IMG/VR virus record: IMGVR_UViG_3300033149_003526 | Coordinates: 2,852 to 66,851 of that record | Direction: 5' to 3' (one strand) | DNA from: a virus | DNA: 64,000 bases | Shown here: positions 1 through 9,118 of the stretch, one piece after another | Numbering within the stretch: the first letter of the stretch is position 1 | Layout of the letters: each line of letters opens with the position of its first letter | Notes under the pieces: generated by a model | What the model saw: the letters and a program-made list of their open reading frames with translations, nothing else | Told to the model about the DNA's origin: nothing | Database searches by the model: none | Translations under genes and position numbers: made by a program

Positions 1-339
1 AAAAAACAAAATAAATACTCATTACTTAATATACAAAAAACAAAAGATAGAAAAGATATATCTATAAATAGAGTTGGAATTTCAAATGTGGGTTTTCCTA
101 TTTTAAAACGACCTGATGAAAAATGGGTAACTGAAAAAGCGTATGATAATCCTAAATTTGTAGAAGATATAGCAAGAGATGTATCTTGTGCTTTACAAAA
201 ATTAGGTATATTAAAACAATTTAAAGTAAAGGTAGAAAATTATGAATCTATTCATAATCATAACGCAGTTTGTTATATTGAACGATATTTAAAAGGTAAT
301 AAATGGAAAAAAAGTAATAAAAGTTTAAAATCGTTATGA
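1..339 (+). CDS. folE2: GTP cyclohydrolase FolE2/MptA-like protein, 5'-truncated by the window and internally deleted (possible pseudogene)
   Basis: Frame open from base 1: [27 protein letters not shown] (FolE2 N-terminal motif) joined directly to [27 protein letters not shown]...[11 protein letters not shown] (FolE2 C-terminal motifs). The ORF-track start at 88 is an internal GTG. Confidence 0.85.
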   Translation, partial: KKQNKYSLLNIQKTKDRKDISINRVGISNVGFPILKRPDEKWVTEKAYDNPKFVEDIARDVSCALQKLGILKQFKVKVENYESIHNHNAVCYIERYLKGNKWKKSNKSLKSL

Positions 340-1268
340 AGTTTTTAATTACAGGAGATTTTCATATTTGTAAAAAGACATTTAACGAAGCAAAAACTTC
401 GTTAAATCAAATATTATCTATCATTAAAAAAGAAAAAATTACAGACATAGCTATATTAGGAGATGTTTTTGATAATACTAATCCTTCTTTAGAAGATATA
501 GGTCTTTTTATTAATTTTATTACATCTATTCCTAAGAAAACTAAAATATATATTATAGAAGGAAATCACGATAAAAAAAGAATAGATAAACCTTTATTAC
601 AGTGGATAACAAATATTAGAAACAATATAGTTTATGATCCACTAGAAATAAAATTAAATTGGAATAATTTTAACATACTTATGGTACATAAATCGTATGA
701 AGAAAGTGATATTATAGACAGAAATAAAACAGAATCAATAAAAGAATTAGATAATATTGATTTTATTTTTGCAGGACATGTACATAAACATCAAAAAATA
801 AAATACAAAAATACTACATTAATTCATCCTGGAAATATATATTATTTAAATTTTAAAGAAATAAAGGATAAGCAAAAAGTAGTAGTATTGTTTAGTAAAG
901 AAGGAAATATTGAAATTAAAAAATTAAAAGTTATCCCTTTATTCTATATAAGTGACACTAGCTACACAAAAATAGATAACACATTAAATAAATTAAATAG
1001 TAATACTAAAGTAAAAGTAAAATTCATAGTAGAAAATAAAACTGCAGAAATTCTTATAGAAATAACTAAAATAATTAATAAATACAAACAAAAATTTGTA
1101 AGTTTTGATTATGAGATAGAAGAAAATAATATTATTGTTGAAGATAAAAATAATAAAAGTGTTAGCATTAATAGTATAAATATGAAAAAAATTTTAAACG
1201 AATTTTATAAAAAATTTAATGTTCCTAAAAACATACAGAAAGAACTTAATAGTATATTATGCAAATAG
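336..1268 (+). CDS. sbcD: SbcD/Mre11-like nuclease
   Basis: Metallophosphoesterase motifs GDFH, LGDVFD, GNHD, AGHVH; adjacent to an SbcC-like ATPase. Confidence 0.88.
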   Translation: MKFLITGDFHICKKTFNEAKTSLNQILSIIKKEKITDIAILGDVFDNTNPSLEDIGLFINFITSIPKKTKIYIIEGNHDKKRIDKPLLQWITNIRNNIVYDPLEIKLNWNNFNILMVHKSYEESDIIDRNKTESIKELDNIDFIFAGHVHKHQKIKYKNTTLIHPGNIYYLNFKEIKDKQKVVVLFSKEGNIEIKKLKVIPLFYISDTSYTKIDNTLNKLNSNTKVKVKFIVENKTAEILIEITKIINKYKQKFVSFDYEIEENNIIVEDKNNKSVSINSINMKKILNEFYKKFNVPKNIQKELNSILCK

Positions 1269-2773
1269 TAGAATTAAATTTACAAAATTTTTTATGTTAT
1301 AAAAATGCTACTGTAACTATCCCTAATAATAAAAAAATTATACTAATTACAGGTTATGATAAAGATAGAAATACATCTAATGGTATTGGTAAAAGTGCTA
1401 TTTTAGAGGCTATATTGTTTGTTTTGTATGGAAAGACTAGAACTAATTCTTTAAAAGAAATAATTAGAAAAGGAGCTAATTCTTGTAAAGTAAGTATTAA
1501 ATTTATATTAAAAAATAATAAATATAAAATTATTCGTACTTATTCTAATCATTCTACATTAAAAATTTTAGAAAATAATAAAGAAATTAAATTTCATACT
1601 ATTTCTCAATCACAAAAATTTATTAATAACTTGTTAGAATTAGACTATAATCTATTTATAAACTTCGCAGTGTTTGATATTTTAAGATTTACTGATATAT
1701 TATCATTATCTTCAAATGATATTAGAAATATTTTTAGAACAGTATTTGATTTTGAATACTTAGAAGAAATTTATACTGATATAAAATTGAAAATAGAATC
1801 TTTTGAACAATCATTATCTTCATTATCTAATGTACGTAAACATTTTTATTCTAAAAAAAGAGAACAAATATTAAAGCAAGGATTAGAAAAAATACAAAAT
1901 GACATAATTAAAAATCAAAAATTAAATCAAGAATTGCAATCTAAAATAGCAGTATTATCAGAAAATATTGGTAAATTGTCAGGTATAGTTAATAGGGATA
2001 AAGCAAAAATGAATTGGTTATTAAAAAACAATACATGTCCTACTTGTAAACAATCTTTACCTAATAGAGCAGTATTATTAACACAATTTCAGCAGAATAT
2101 AATAGAAAATACTAACAGAATAAAAGATTTAGAAGATGACTTACTAACAACAAAAAATAAAATAAAAAACATTCAAGATATAAATAACAAACTAACTATA
2201 AAACAAGTAAAACTTCAAAAACTACTTAGTAATTTAATGCAATCTAATGACATTGATAATATTAAAGAAGATTTTAATAAAAAACTAATAGAACGCAAAC
2301 AATTATTACAATATCTAATATTGTTTGAAAGTTACTTAATGAATTTATTAGTATCTAAATTAGAATTAGTCATAAATCAGTATATATCTCAATTGATCGA
2401 TTTTAAATGTAAAATATCGTATTTGCATAGATCTAAATTATTAACTAAAAACTTATCTAAATTTGCTATTAAACTTTATAGAAACGATAAAGAATATATG
2501 TTCTACCAATTAAGTAGTGGAGAAAAAATGTTAGTATCTTATGCTTTTAAATTAGCTATTAATATGTTAGATTTTAAAGATACGTTTTTGTTTATAGATG
2601 AAGGATTAAATAGATTAGATGAAAATAATAAATTAAAATTGTTAAATTTACTTAAAATAGCACCTTTTAAGCAAATATTTATTGTTAGTAATTATAAATT
2701 ACAAGAAGAATATATAGATCATTATATTTATATAGAAAAAGAAGAAAACATAAGTAAAATTTTAAATATTTAA
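1259..2773 (+). CDS. sbcC: SbcC/Rad50-like ATPase
   Basis: Walker A NGIGKS, coiled coil with CPTC zinc hook, signature LSSGE, Walker B FIDEG. Confidence 0.9.
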   Translation: MQIVELNLQNFLCYKNATVTIPNNKKIILITGYDKDRNTSNGIGKSAILEAILFVLYGKTRTNSLKEIIRKGANSCKVSIKFILKNNKYKIIRTYSNHSTLKILENNKEIKFHTISQSQKFINNLLELDYNLFINFAVFDILRFTDILSLSSNDIRNIFRTVFDFEYLEEIYTDIKLKIESFEQSLSSLSNVRKHFYSKKREQILKQGLEKIQNDIIKNQKLNQELQSKIAVLSENIGKLSGIVNRDKAKMNWLLKNNTCPTCKQSLPNRAVLLTQFQQNIIENTNRIKDLEDDLLTTKNKIKNIQDINNKLTIKQVKLQKLLSNLMQSNDIDNIKEDFNKKLIERKQLLQYLILFESYLMNLLVSKLELVINQYISQLIDFKCKISYLHRSKLLTKNLSKFAIKLYRNDKEYMFYQLSSGEKMLVSYAFKLAINMLDFKDTFLFIDEGLNRLDENNKLKLLNLLKIAPFKQIFIVSNYKLQEEYIDHYIYIEKEENISKILNI

Positions 2774-2778
2774 TATAT

Positions 2779-2799
2779 TTTAGTATATAATATATATGA
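2779..2799 (+). promoter_or_regulatory. Conserved promoter-like motif TTTAGTATATAATATATATGA (class II)
   Basis: Identical 21-mer at 25122-25142 (- strand); GTATATAATAT core also at 46157, 56011 and 63182; all copies lie just upstream of gene starts. Confidence 0.65.
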
Positions 2800-2825
2800 G
2801 AGAGAGAAAAAAGGAAAGGAAGTAT

Positions 2826-3053
2826 ATGAAATATATAATTAAATTTTTAGATTTATTTGCTGCAATTGGAACAATAATTTGTTTAAATTATACAGTAAAA
2901 TCGTATAAATTTTGGCTATACTATACGATACTAACTATAGCATTTATAATAGTAGTAATATACAAACAGTTAACAGGGCAAACTATATTAGGATTGTTTT
3001 TATTATTTACTGGTATTAGGAATTATTATTTAGAAAAAAAGAAATATGAGTAA
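2826..3053 (+). CDS. Small multi-pass membrane protein, PnuC/SemiSWEET-like half transporter (tentative)
   Basis: About 3 hydrophobic helices; ATG at 2826 follows a purine-rich RBS (track start 2796). Confidence 0.45.
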   Translation: MKYIIKFLDLFAAIGTIICLNYTVKSYKFWLYYTILTIAFIIVVIYKQLTGQTILGLFLLFTGIRNYYLEKKKYE

Positions 3054-4173
3054 TAAAATACAAATAGATTTACAAAAGTTAGTTATTTTATATAATGAAG
3101 GGCTAACTATTCCAATGCTAGCAAAAACATTTAATGTATCAGAACGAACTATAAGTAGAAGAATATTTGAACTTAAACAAAAAGGTTTAATTATTAATAA
3201 TAAAAAATCACAAAAATTAAGATTTAAGCATAATGAAATTTTACATTATGTAACTGAATATATAGAATCAGCTAAAAAATATATTTTCAACTATAATGAT
3301 ATATATACAAATATCCCATTAAAAACTAAACCAAATACTAAAAAACAATCTGAAGATATGGTAATACTATGGTCTGATATGCATGTAGGAATGATAAATA
3401 AAAATCCATTAACTGGTAAAATTACGTACAACGATGAAATATTAGAAAAAATTGAATTACCTAATTTTATAAAAGGAATATATAGATTTTATGAATTATA
3501 TAAACCTGCTTACAATATAGAAACATTATACATACTAGATTTAGGCGATAATATAACTAATGATAGAATTTATGAAGGTCAACAATTAGAAATTACTTGT
3601 AATGTAGGCAGACAGATATTAAGATTATTTCAATATCAAAGTGATTTTATTAAACACATGCTTAAAATATTTCCTAATGTAGTATTTGTAGGAGTACCTG
3701 GTAATCATTCTAGAACTACTTCTACTCCAATTTCTGAAGATGCTACTAATAGTTTTGAATTTCTTAAAAATCAATTATTAAAAGAAAGGTTTAGAAATAA
3801 TAAAAGAGTTAAAATTATAGTACCAGAAACATATATGTATTCTATTAAAATAAGGGGACATAAATATTTACTTTTACATGGTAACATTATTAGAGGAACT
3901 TCTTTAAATTCTATTGAAAAAGCTACTATGCAACTAGCAGATTTAGCTAAACAAGAATATTATGATATTATTATTATGGGTCACTTACATACTGCATTAA
4001 AATTAAAAATTAAACCTACTACTAGTTTATTAGTTAATGGTTGCTGGATAGATGTAGATAGTTACGCTTATAATACATTACGAAAATATTCAACTGCTAC
4101 ACAATGGTCTTTTTTAGTATCTAAAAAATCACCTATGCACAACTTACAAGAAATAAATTTATTATGGAAGTAA
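3046..4173 (+). CDS. HTH-fused calcineurin-like metallophosphoesterase
   Basis: N-terminal HTH (LAKTFNVSERTISRR); motifs SDMH, LGD, GNH, LHG, GHLH. Confidence 0.8.
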   Translation: MSNKIQIDLQKLVILYNEGLTIPMLAKTFNVSERTISRRIFELKQKGLIINNKKSQKLRFKHNEILHYVTEYIESAKKYIFNYNDIYTNIPLKTKPNTKKQSEDMVILWSDMHVGMINKNPLTGKITYNDEILEKIELPNFIKGIYRFYELYKPAYNIETLYILDLGDNITNDRIYEGQQLEITCNVGRQILRLFQYQSDFIKHMLKIFPNVVFVGVPGNHSRTTSTPISEDATNSFEFLKNQLLKERFRNNKRVKIIVPETYMYSIKIRGHKYLLLHGNIIRGTSLNSIEKATMQLADLAKQEYYDIIIMGHLHTALKLKIKPTTSLLVNGCWIDVDSYAYNTLRKYSTATQWSFLVSKKSPMHNLQEINLLWK

Positions 4174-4736
4174 ATGAAGAATTGTTACAATTTGCTAGAT
4201 TAATTAAAGGATTTAAAAGCTGTTATATGGCTGGTGGTATACAGTCAGCTGCGCATCCTAATAGTTGGAGAGATCTTGTTTCTAAATTTTTAGAAGCTAA
4301 TGGTATTACTATTTATAATCCAGTAGAAGACAATAAACTAATTTTTAATCAATCTATATTAGGGTTTAAAGTAGATGGAACAGAAATTAAATTTGAAGAG
4401 ATGCAAGATGTAGACGAATTAAAAGAAGCTATTTTATTAAGACAAACTGAAATAAACGATAAAAAATATATAAAAGATTCTGATTTAGTTATATTCTATT
4501 TAGATGATAGAATAGGACACGGAACTATGACTGAATTTGATTGGTGTTACTATTGGAGAAAACCGATGATTATAATTAGAACTATTCCTAGAAGACAATT
4601 AGCTCATTGGACTAAATGGAAAAGATATTTTGCTATGAAAGTAGACAGATTTGCTATTGAATTTAAAAGCATAAACGATATGAAAAAATGGTTTATTAGT
4701 TGTTTAAATTTTAAAGATATAGAAGTAGAAAGTTAA
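4164..4736 (+). CDS. Nucleoside 2-deoxyribosyltransferase-like / nucleotide N-hydrolase
   Basis: YMAGGI...WRD...YNP, D-x3-I-x2-SD, GTxxE, KP pattern of the NDT family. Confidence 0.7.
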   Translation: MEVNEELLQFARLIKGFKSCYMAGGIQSAAHPNSWRDLVSKFLEANGITIYNPVEDNKLIFNQSILGFKVDGTEIKFEEMQDVDELKEAILLRQTEINDKKYIKDSDLVIFYLDDRIGHGTMTEFDWCYYWRKPMIIIRTIPRRQLAHWTKWKRYFAMKVDRFAIEFKSINDMKKWFISCLNFKDIEVES

Positions 4737-4755
4737 AAAAGGAGGTAAATAATTT

Positions 4756-5163
4756 ATGATAGTGTACAAACAAATTATAATTGAAATTGCTCATAGATTA
4801 AATAATTATAAAAAACCAAAAGACTGGAATAAAGCTACATTTGGAAAATGCTATGAGTCTATTCATGGGCATTCTTATAAAATTGAAATTTGGGTAGATG
4901 GAAAAGTTAATACAGAAACTGGTATGGTAGTTAATTTTTCTGACTTATCTAATTTAGTAAAAAAATACGATCATAAATTTTTAAATGAGTATTTAGGGCA
5001 GTATTTTGTAGCTACTGCTGAAAATTTTGTAAAAATTTTAATAGAAGATATTAAACTATTATTAAAACAAAAAGATGTAGAATGGAATAGTATTAAAGTA
5101 AGAGTATGGAAAACTAATACTGCATATGCAGAACTAAAGGAGGTTAATGAACTATGCAAATGA
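4756..5163 (+). CDS. queD: 6-carboxytetrahydropterin synthase QueD
   Basis: AHRL, C-x4-HGHSY, GMVVNF, DHKFLN, TAEN motifs; the C-terminal ET motif reads KT. Confidence 0.9.
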   Translation: MIVYKQIIIEIAHRLNNYKKPKDWNKATFGKCYESIHGHSYKIEIWVDGKVNTETGMVVNFSDLSNLVKKYDHKFLNEYLGQYFVATAENFVKILIEDIKLLLKQKDVEWNSIKVRVWKTNTAYAELKEVNELCK

Positions 5164-5492
5164 TAATAACTAAATATTATACTTTTAATATTACTCCATT
5201 AGAAACGGTAGATTTAAAATTAATATTAGATAGCGAACATGAAAATATATTAGACTATGAATATATTAAAAATTTAACATTTGACATATTAACAAAATTT
5301 AATTTAAAAAACGATAATTTATCTCGTTATTTATTACTAATAGCTTTAAAATTAATAAGAAAATATAAAAATGAACTTTTAACTGTTTCTATATCACATT
5401 CTTTTCAATCGACTATTGATAAAAATAGCGAAATTACTATTTTACCTGCAATAATAAATCCTAAAATTAATAAAAAAGAAGGAGGTGAATAA
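5154..5492 (+). CDS. Hypothetical protein
   Basis: Strong RBS (AAGGAGGT); overlaps the queD stop. Confidence 0.6.
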   Translation: MQMIITKYYTFNITPLETVDLKLILDSEHENILDYEYIKNLTFDILTKFNLKNDNLSRYLLLIALKLIRKYKNELLTVSISHSFQSTIDKNSEITILPAIINPKINKKEGGE

Positions 5493-5501
5493 TTTACATA
5501 T

Positions 5502-5882
5502 ATGATTAAATGTTTATGTAACGATGGATTTAATGAAGAATGTCCTATTCATGGCAATAAAGGAACTAAATATGACCAAGGAAAACCAGCATTAGCACTT
5601 ATACCTGCAGAAGCTATTTTTGAAATAGGTAAAGTATTTACATTTGGAGCTAGAAAATATGGTGCATATAATTGGAGAAAAGGATTATCTTGGACTAGAT
5701 TATTAAGTGCTACATTAAGACATATTTATGCTTTTTTATTAGGAGAAGATAATGATCCTGAAAGTGGATATAATCATTTAGCACATGCAGGTGCTTGTAT
5801 TTGTATGTTATTAACTTTATATAAAAATAAGACGTTAGATGATAGATATGTTGAAAAAAAGAAGAAAAAAAAGAAAAAATAA
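5502..5882 (+). CDS. dATP/dGTP diphosphohydrolase domain protein (DUF5664-like)
   Basis: KYDQGKP...GARKYGAYNWRKG...RH...GED.DPESG..HLAHA. Confidence 0.85.
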   Translation: MIKCLCNDGFNEECPIHGNKGTKYDQGKPALALIPAEAIFEIGKVFTFGARKYGAYNWRKGLSWTRLLSATLRHIYAFLLGEDNDPESGYNHLAHAGACICMLLTLYKNKTLDDRYVEKKKKKKKK

Positions 5883-6231
5883 ACAAACAAAAAGAAAAGC
5901 TAAATCTGTAGGTAATATACCATCTAGAATAGTTGAAATTATTAATTATTTATCTACTGTTTTTAGTAATAAACTAATGGAAAAAGAAGATCTTAAACAA
6001 GATTTATATTTATTATATTTATCAATGTTAAAAAACGATAAAAGAGCTAAAAATGCTAAACCTGGTTATTTCTTTTTAAGATTTAAATGGTATTTATTAA
6101 CTAAATATAAAAGAGAAATAAATCGTAAAAAAAAGGAGTGGGAATATGTACAACAATTTAATCCAAACAAGACAAGAGATCAGTCAAAAATTGGATACAT
6201 TAATCCTATTAGAAATACTAAAAGAAAATAA
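5839..6231 (+). CDS. Sigma-70 region-2-like protein (N-terminal half of a split sigma)
   Basis: EKEDLKQDLYL...YF...YLLTKYKR resembles ECF sigma region 2. Confidence 0.55.
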   Translation: MIDMLKKRRKKRKNKQTKRKAKSVGNIPSRIVEIINYLSTVFSNKLMEKEDLKQDLYLLYLSMLKNDKRAKNAKPGYFFLRFKWYLLTKYKREINRKKKEWEYVQQFNPNKTRDQSKIGYINPIRNTKRK

Positions 6232-6373
6232 AAGTAAAACACATTTTAATATTGTAAAATTATTTATGCAAGGGTATAATGTAACTGAAATTTCTAGAGA
6301 AATTGGTATTAGTAGATATAAAGTAGATAAAATGCTAAAAGAAAGTTTACAATTTTTGAGACAATATGTTTAA
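6146..6373 (+). CDS. Sigma-70 region-4-like HTH protein
   Basis: IVKLFMQGYNVTEISREIGISRYKV...SLQFLR; own RBS AAGGAG at 6133-6138. Confidence 0.65.
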   Translation: MYNNLIQTRQEISQKLDTLILLEILKENKSKTHFNIVKLFMQGYNVTEISREIGISRYKVDKMLKESLQFLRQYV

Positions 6374-6388
6374 TAAAAGGAGGATAAT

Positions 6389-6907
6389 ATGGGTAATACA
6401 AAAAAATTAAAAGTATATAAAAGAAGATTAGCAGTAAAAAAAGATTATTTAAAAGGAATGAGCATACCAGAATTAGCAGAAAAATATGGAGTATCTGAAT
6501 CTGTAATAAAAAGAGATATTAAAAAAATAAATGAAGAATATATAGCAGCAGTACAAAAAAACCCATATATATTAGAGAGACAAGCTGAATATATTTTAAG
6601 ACATTTAGATGAATTAAAAATGATTAAAGAAAAATTATGGGAAATAGAAGAAAAAGCGTCAGATAAAGAAAAAATAGCAGCATTAAAAGCTATTTTAGAT
6701 GAGTTACATCATGAAGCTAGAGTATTAAAATTAATTGATGTATCAAAAACTATTAATAATTATATACACATAGATAAAATTGAAATTGTATTAAATAAAG
6801 TCATAGATATTATAAAAGAATTTGTTCCATTAGAAAAGCAAGAAATAGCATTAGAACGATTAAAAAATATAGGAGAAACAGTATTTAGAGAAGAAGAAAG
6901 GAGGTAA
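6389..6907 (+). CDS. Probable terminase small subunit
   Basis: N-terminal HTH (SIPELAEKYGVS), helical oligomerisation region, position upstream of TerL. Confidence 0.65.
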   Translation: MGNTKKLKVYKRRLAVKKDYLKGMSIPELAEKYGVSESVIKRDIKKINEEYIAAVQKNPYILERQAEYILRHLDELKMIKEKLWEIEEKASDKEKIAALKAILDELHHEARVLKLIDVSKTINNYIHIDKIEIVLNKVIDIIKEFVPLEKQEIALERLKNIGETVFREEERR

Positions 6908-6914
6908 AGGTTAT

Positions 6915-7265
6915 ATGGAATGTTATGAAGCTCATAAATATAATGATGAATATAAAAAACAAATTTTAGATATTTACTATAAGTTATTAAATGTTATACA
7001 AGAAACAGAAGATAAAAATAAACATTTATATGATGGTCCTTCGTTTTCTTCTATAATTGTAACTCAAGCATTATTATTAGAATTAGCTAATACATTACAG
7101 TATTTAAATGAAGGAAATAAAAAATTATTAACTCAGGTAATAAATGATACTATATCTATTATGTTAATTACGTATTTAGGATCAAAAATAGAAGATACAA
7201 ATAATGGTAATATAGAAGAAAATAATACTGATAAAAAAGAAAAAGAAGAAGATAACGATGAATAA
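6915..7265 (+). CDS. Hypothetical protein
   Basis: ORF with RBS between the terminase genes; acidic tail. Confidence 0.6.
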   Translation: MECYEAHKYNDEYKKQILDIYYKLLNVIQETEDKNKHLYDGPSFSSIIVTQALLLELANTLQYLNEGNKKLLTQVINDTISIMLITYLGSKIEDTNNGNIEENNTDKKEKEEDNDE

Positions 7266-9090
7266 TAATAAAAGTAAAAAATCTGCTTCTTCAAAAATAA
7301 GGGAATTATTTTCTAATACTATAAATAGGGAATTAAAAGATTTAGAACATAAAAAAACTAGTAAATTTAGAACTCCTCTAGTTACTCCTAAAGAATTTTT
7401 TGAAGACTGGTTAAAAACTCCATTATTTCCTGCTCAATATTCAGCAGTTAATCATATATTTACTGAAGATTATCAAGATTTAAGAACTGATATAAATGAA
7501 ATTATGTTAAAATGGGCTGAAGGATCTGGTAAAAATTTTACTTGTGCTAGAACATTAGCTTATGTAGCTTATTGGTTAGTAAATTTAATAGATCCACAAG
7601 AGTATTTGGGAGTAGGTAAAAATACTCCTATTGTATTAGTAAATGTATCGTTTAGAGAAGAACATGCTAAAGGTATATTTTTTAGACAATTTGTAGAGTG
7701 CATTAAATCTACTATAAATCCTAGAACAGGTAATAACTGGTTTGAAGAACAAGGAATGGATTTAAGAGAAGGTAAAGATATACAAACTAGAAAAACATTA
7801 TTTCCTAGACATATAGAAGCAGTAGCAGAAAACTCAGTTCATTATACTGCTGAAGGTAAAAATATATTAGTAGCAGTATTTGATGAAATTGCAGAATTTA
7901 GATATGATAAAGCTAAATTACTTTATAATAATCTTAAAAATACTGCATTTTCAAGATTTCCTCATCACTATAAAATTATTAGTATTTCTTATCCTAGAGA
8001 TCCTTATGATTTTTTTGTTCAATTATATGATAGTGTAGATAGTTTACCAGAAAAAGAAAGATCAAAAGTATATAGAGAAACTAAAGCAGCATGGCAAATT
8101 AGAAATAAAAAAGGCGCTCATCCTATTCTTATTAAAAAAAGAGCTTACAGAACTAAAGAAGATTATGCTCCTGCTTATAGAATAGATCCAGAAGATGCAG
8201 CTAGAAGATTTGAATGTAAATTTTTACATGGATATAAAGGTAGGTTTTTAAAAAGGTTTGAATTAGTTTTAGAAAAATGTGTTAATTTTGATAGACCAGT
8301 TCCTTATATATTAGAATCAGATTCTTTAGCTATTACTGATGTAGAATTATTGAATTTAACTTGGCAAGCTTGGTTTAAACCTAGATATTCTTATGAAGCA
8401 TATTTGTTAGAACAAAAATATATAAAAAATAGAACAGATACGTTAGAGAACCAAATAAACAAAGAGTTAGAACGACATGAATTTGCTCAATATTTTGTGC
8501 ATATAGACTTATCTAGAGGTATAGAAGACTTTGCAGGATTAACCTTATTACACACATATAAACATTTACCTACTTCAGTTGGTTATTATGTGGATTTAGC
8601 AATTCAAATAAAACCTGAATCAGACGAAATAGAATTTGATAATTTATATAAATTTATATTACAATTATTATCTATGGGTTTTGATATACAAAAGGTAACT
8701 TTTGATGGATTTCAATCTACTCATTTAATACAAAAATTAGAAAATAACAACGTTGAATGTGATATAATATCTGTAGATAGAAGTAGAAAACCTTATGATA
8801 CTTTAAAACATCTATTATATCAAGGATTAGTTAATATTTATTACTATGCACCTTTAGTAAGAGAGTTAAAAGAATTAATTATTACTCCTACTGGAAAAGT
8901 AGACCATCCAAAAGAAAGTAAACAAAGATTAATGGAAGAAGGTATAAAAAAAGGATCTAAAGATGTAGCAGATAGTTTAGCTGCTGCTGTATATAGTGCA
9001 TTAGTTACTAGTCAGAGTACTGAAAATATTGTTATAAGTACTTTAGATGTAGATATAGATAATTTAGATAAATTAAATAAAATTTTATAG
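7258..9090 (+). CDS. terL: Terminase large subunit
   Basis: Walker A EGSGKN, Walker B VFDE, nuclease motifs HIDLS, FDGFQS, VDHP, SKDVADS. Confidence 0.9.
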   Translation: MNNNKSKKSASSKIRELFSNTINRELKDLEHKKTSKFRTPLVTPKEFFEDWLKTPLFPAQYSAVNHIFTEDYQDLRTDINEIMLKWAEGSGKNFTCARTLAYVAYWLVNLIDPQEYLGVGKNTPIVLVNVSFREEHAKGIFFRQFVECIKSTINPRTGNNWFEEQGMDLREGKDIQTRKTLFPRHIEAVAENSVHYTAEGKNILVAVFDEIAEFRYDKAKLLYNNLKNTAFSRFPHHYKIISISYPRDPYDFFVQLYDSVDSLPEKERSKVYRETKAAWQIRNKKGAHPILIKKRAYRTKEDYAPAYRIDPEDAARRFECKFLHGYKGRFLKRFELVLEKCVNFDRPVPYILESDSLAITDVELLNLTWQAWFKPRYSYEAYLLEQKYIKNRTDTLENQINKELERHEFAQYFVHIDLSRGIEDFAGLTLLHTYKHLPTSVGYYVDLAIQIKPESDEIEFDNLYKFILQLLSMGFDIQKVTFDGFQSTHLIQKLENNNVECDIISVDRSRKPYDTLKHLLYQGLVNIYYYAPLVRELKELIITPTGKVDHPKESKQRLMEEGIKKGSKDVADSLAAAVYSALVTSQSTENIVISTLDVDIDNLDKLNKIL

Positions 9091-9092
9091 AA

Positions 9093-9109
9093 TTTAAATC
9101 TTTTTCAAT
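9093..9109 (+). promoter_or_regulatory. Candidate late-promoter motif TTTAAAT(C/A)TTTTTCAAT
   Basis: 16/17 identical to 27206-27222 (- strand, upstream of the protease); lies just before the portal RBS. Confidence 0.45.
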
Positions 9110-9118
9110 AAAGGAGGA

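Noticed and set aside
4971-5159. Opposite-strand short ORFs in the track (also 11554, 13835, 35210, 36877, 38807, 45355, 49028, 50358, 52792, 53309, 53478, 56080, 57295, 62913)
   Set aside because: They lie antisense to well-supported genes, lack convincing RBSs and have low-complexity shadow translations
5851-5882. Poly-Lys tail of the diphosphohydrolase
   Set aside because: Explained by A-rich overlap with the basic N-terminus of the next ORF
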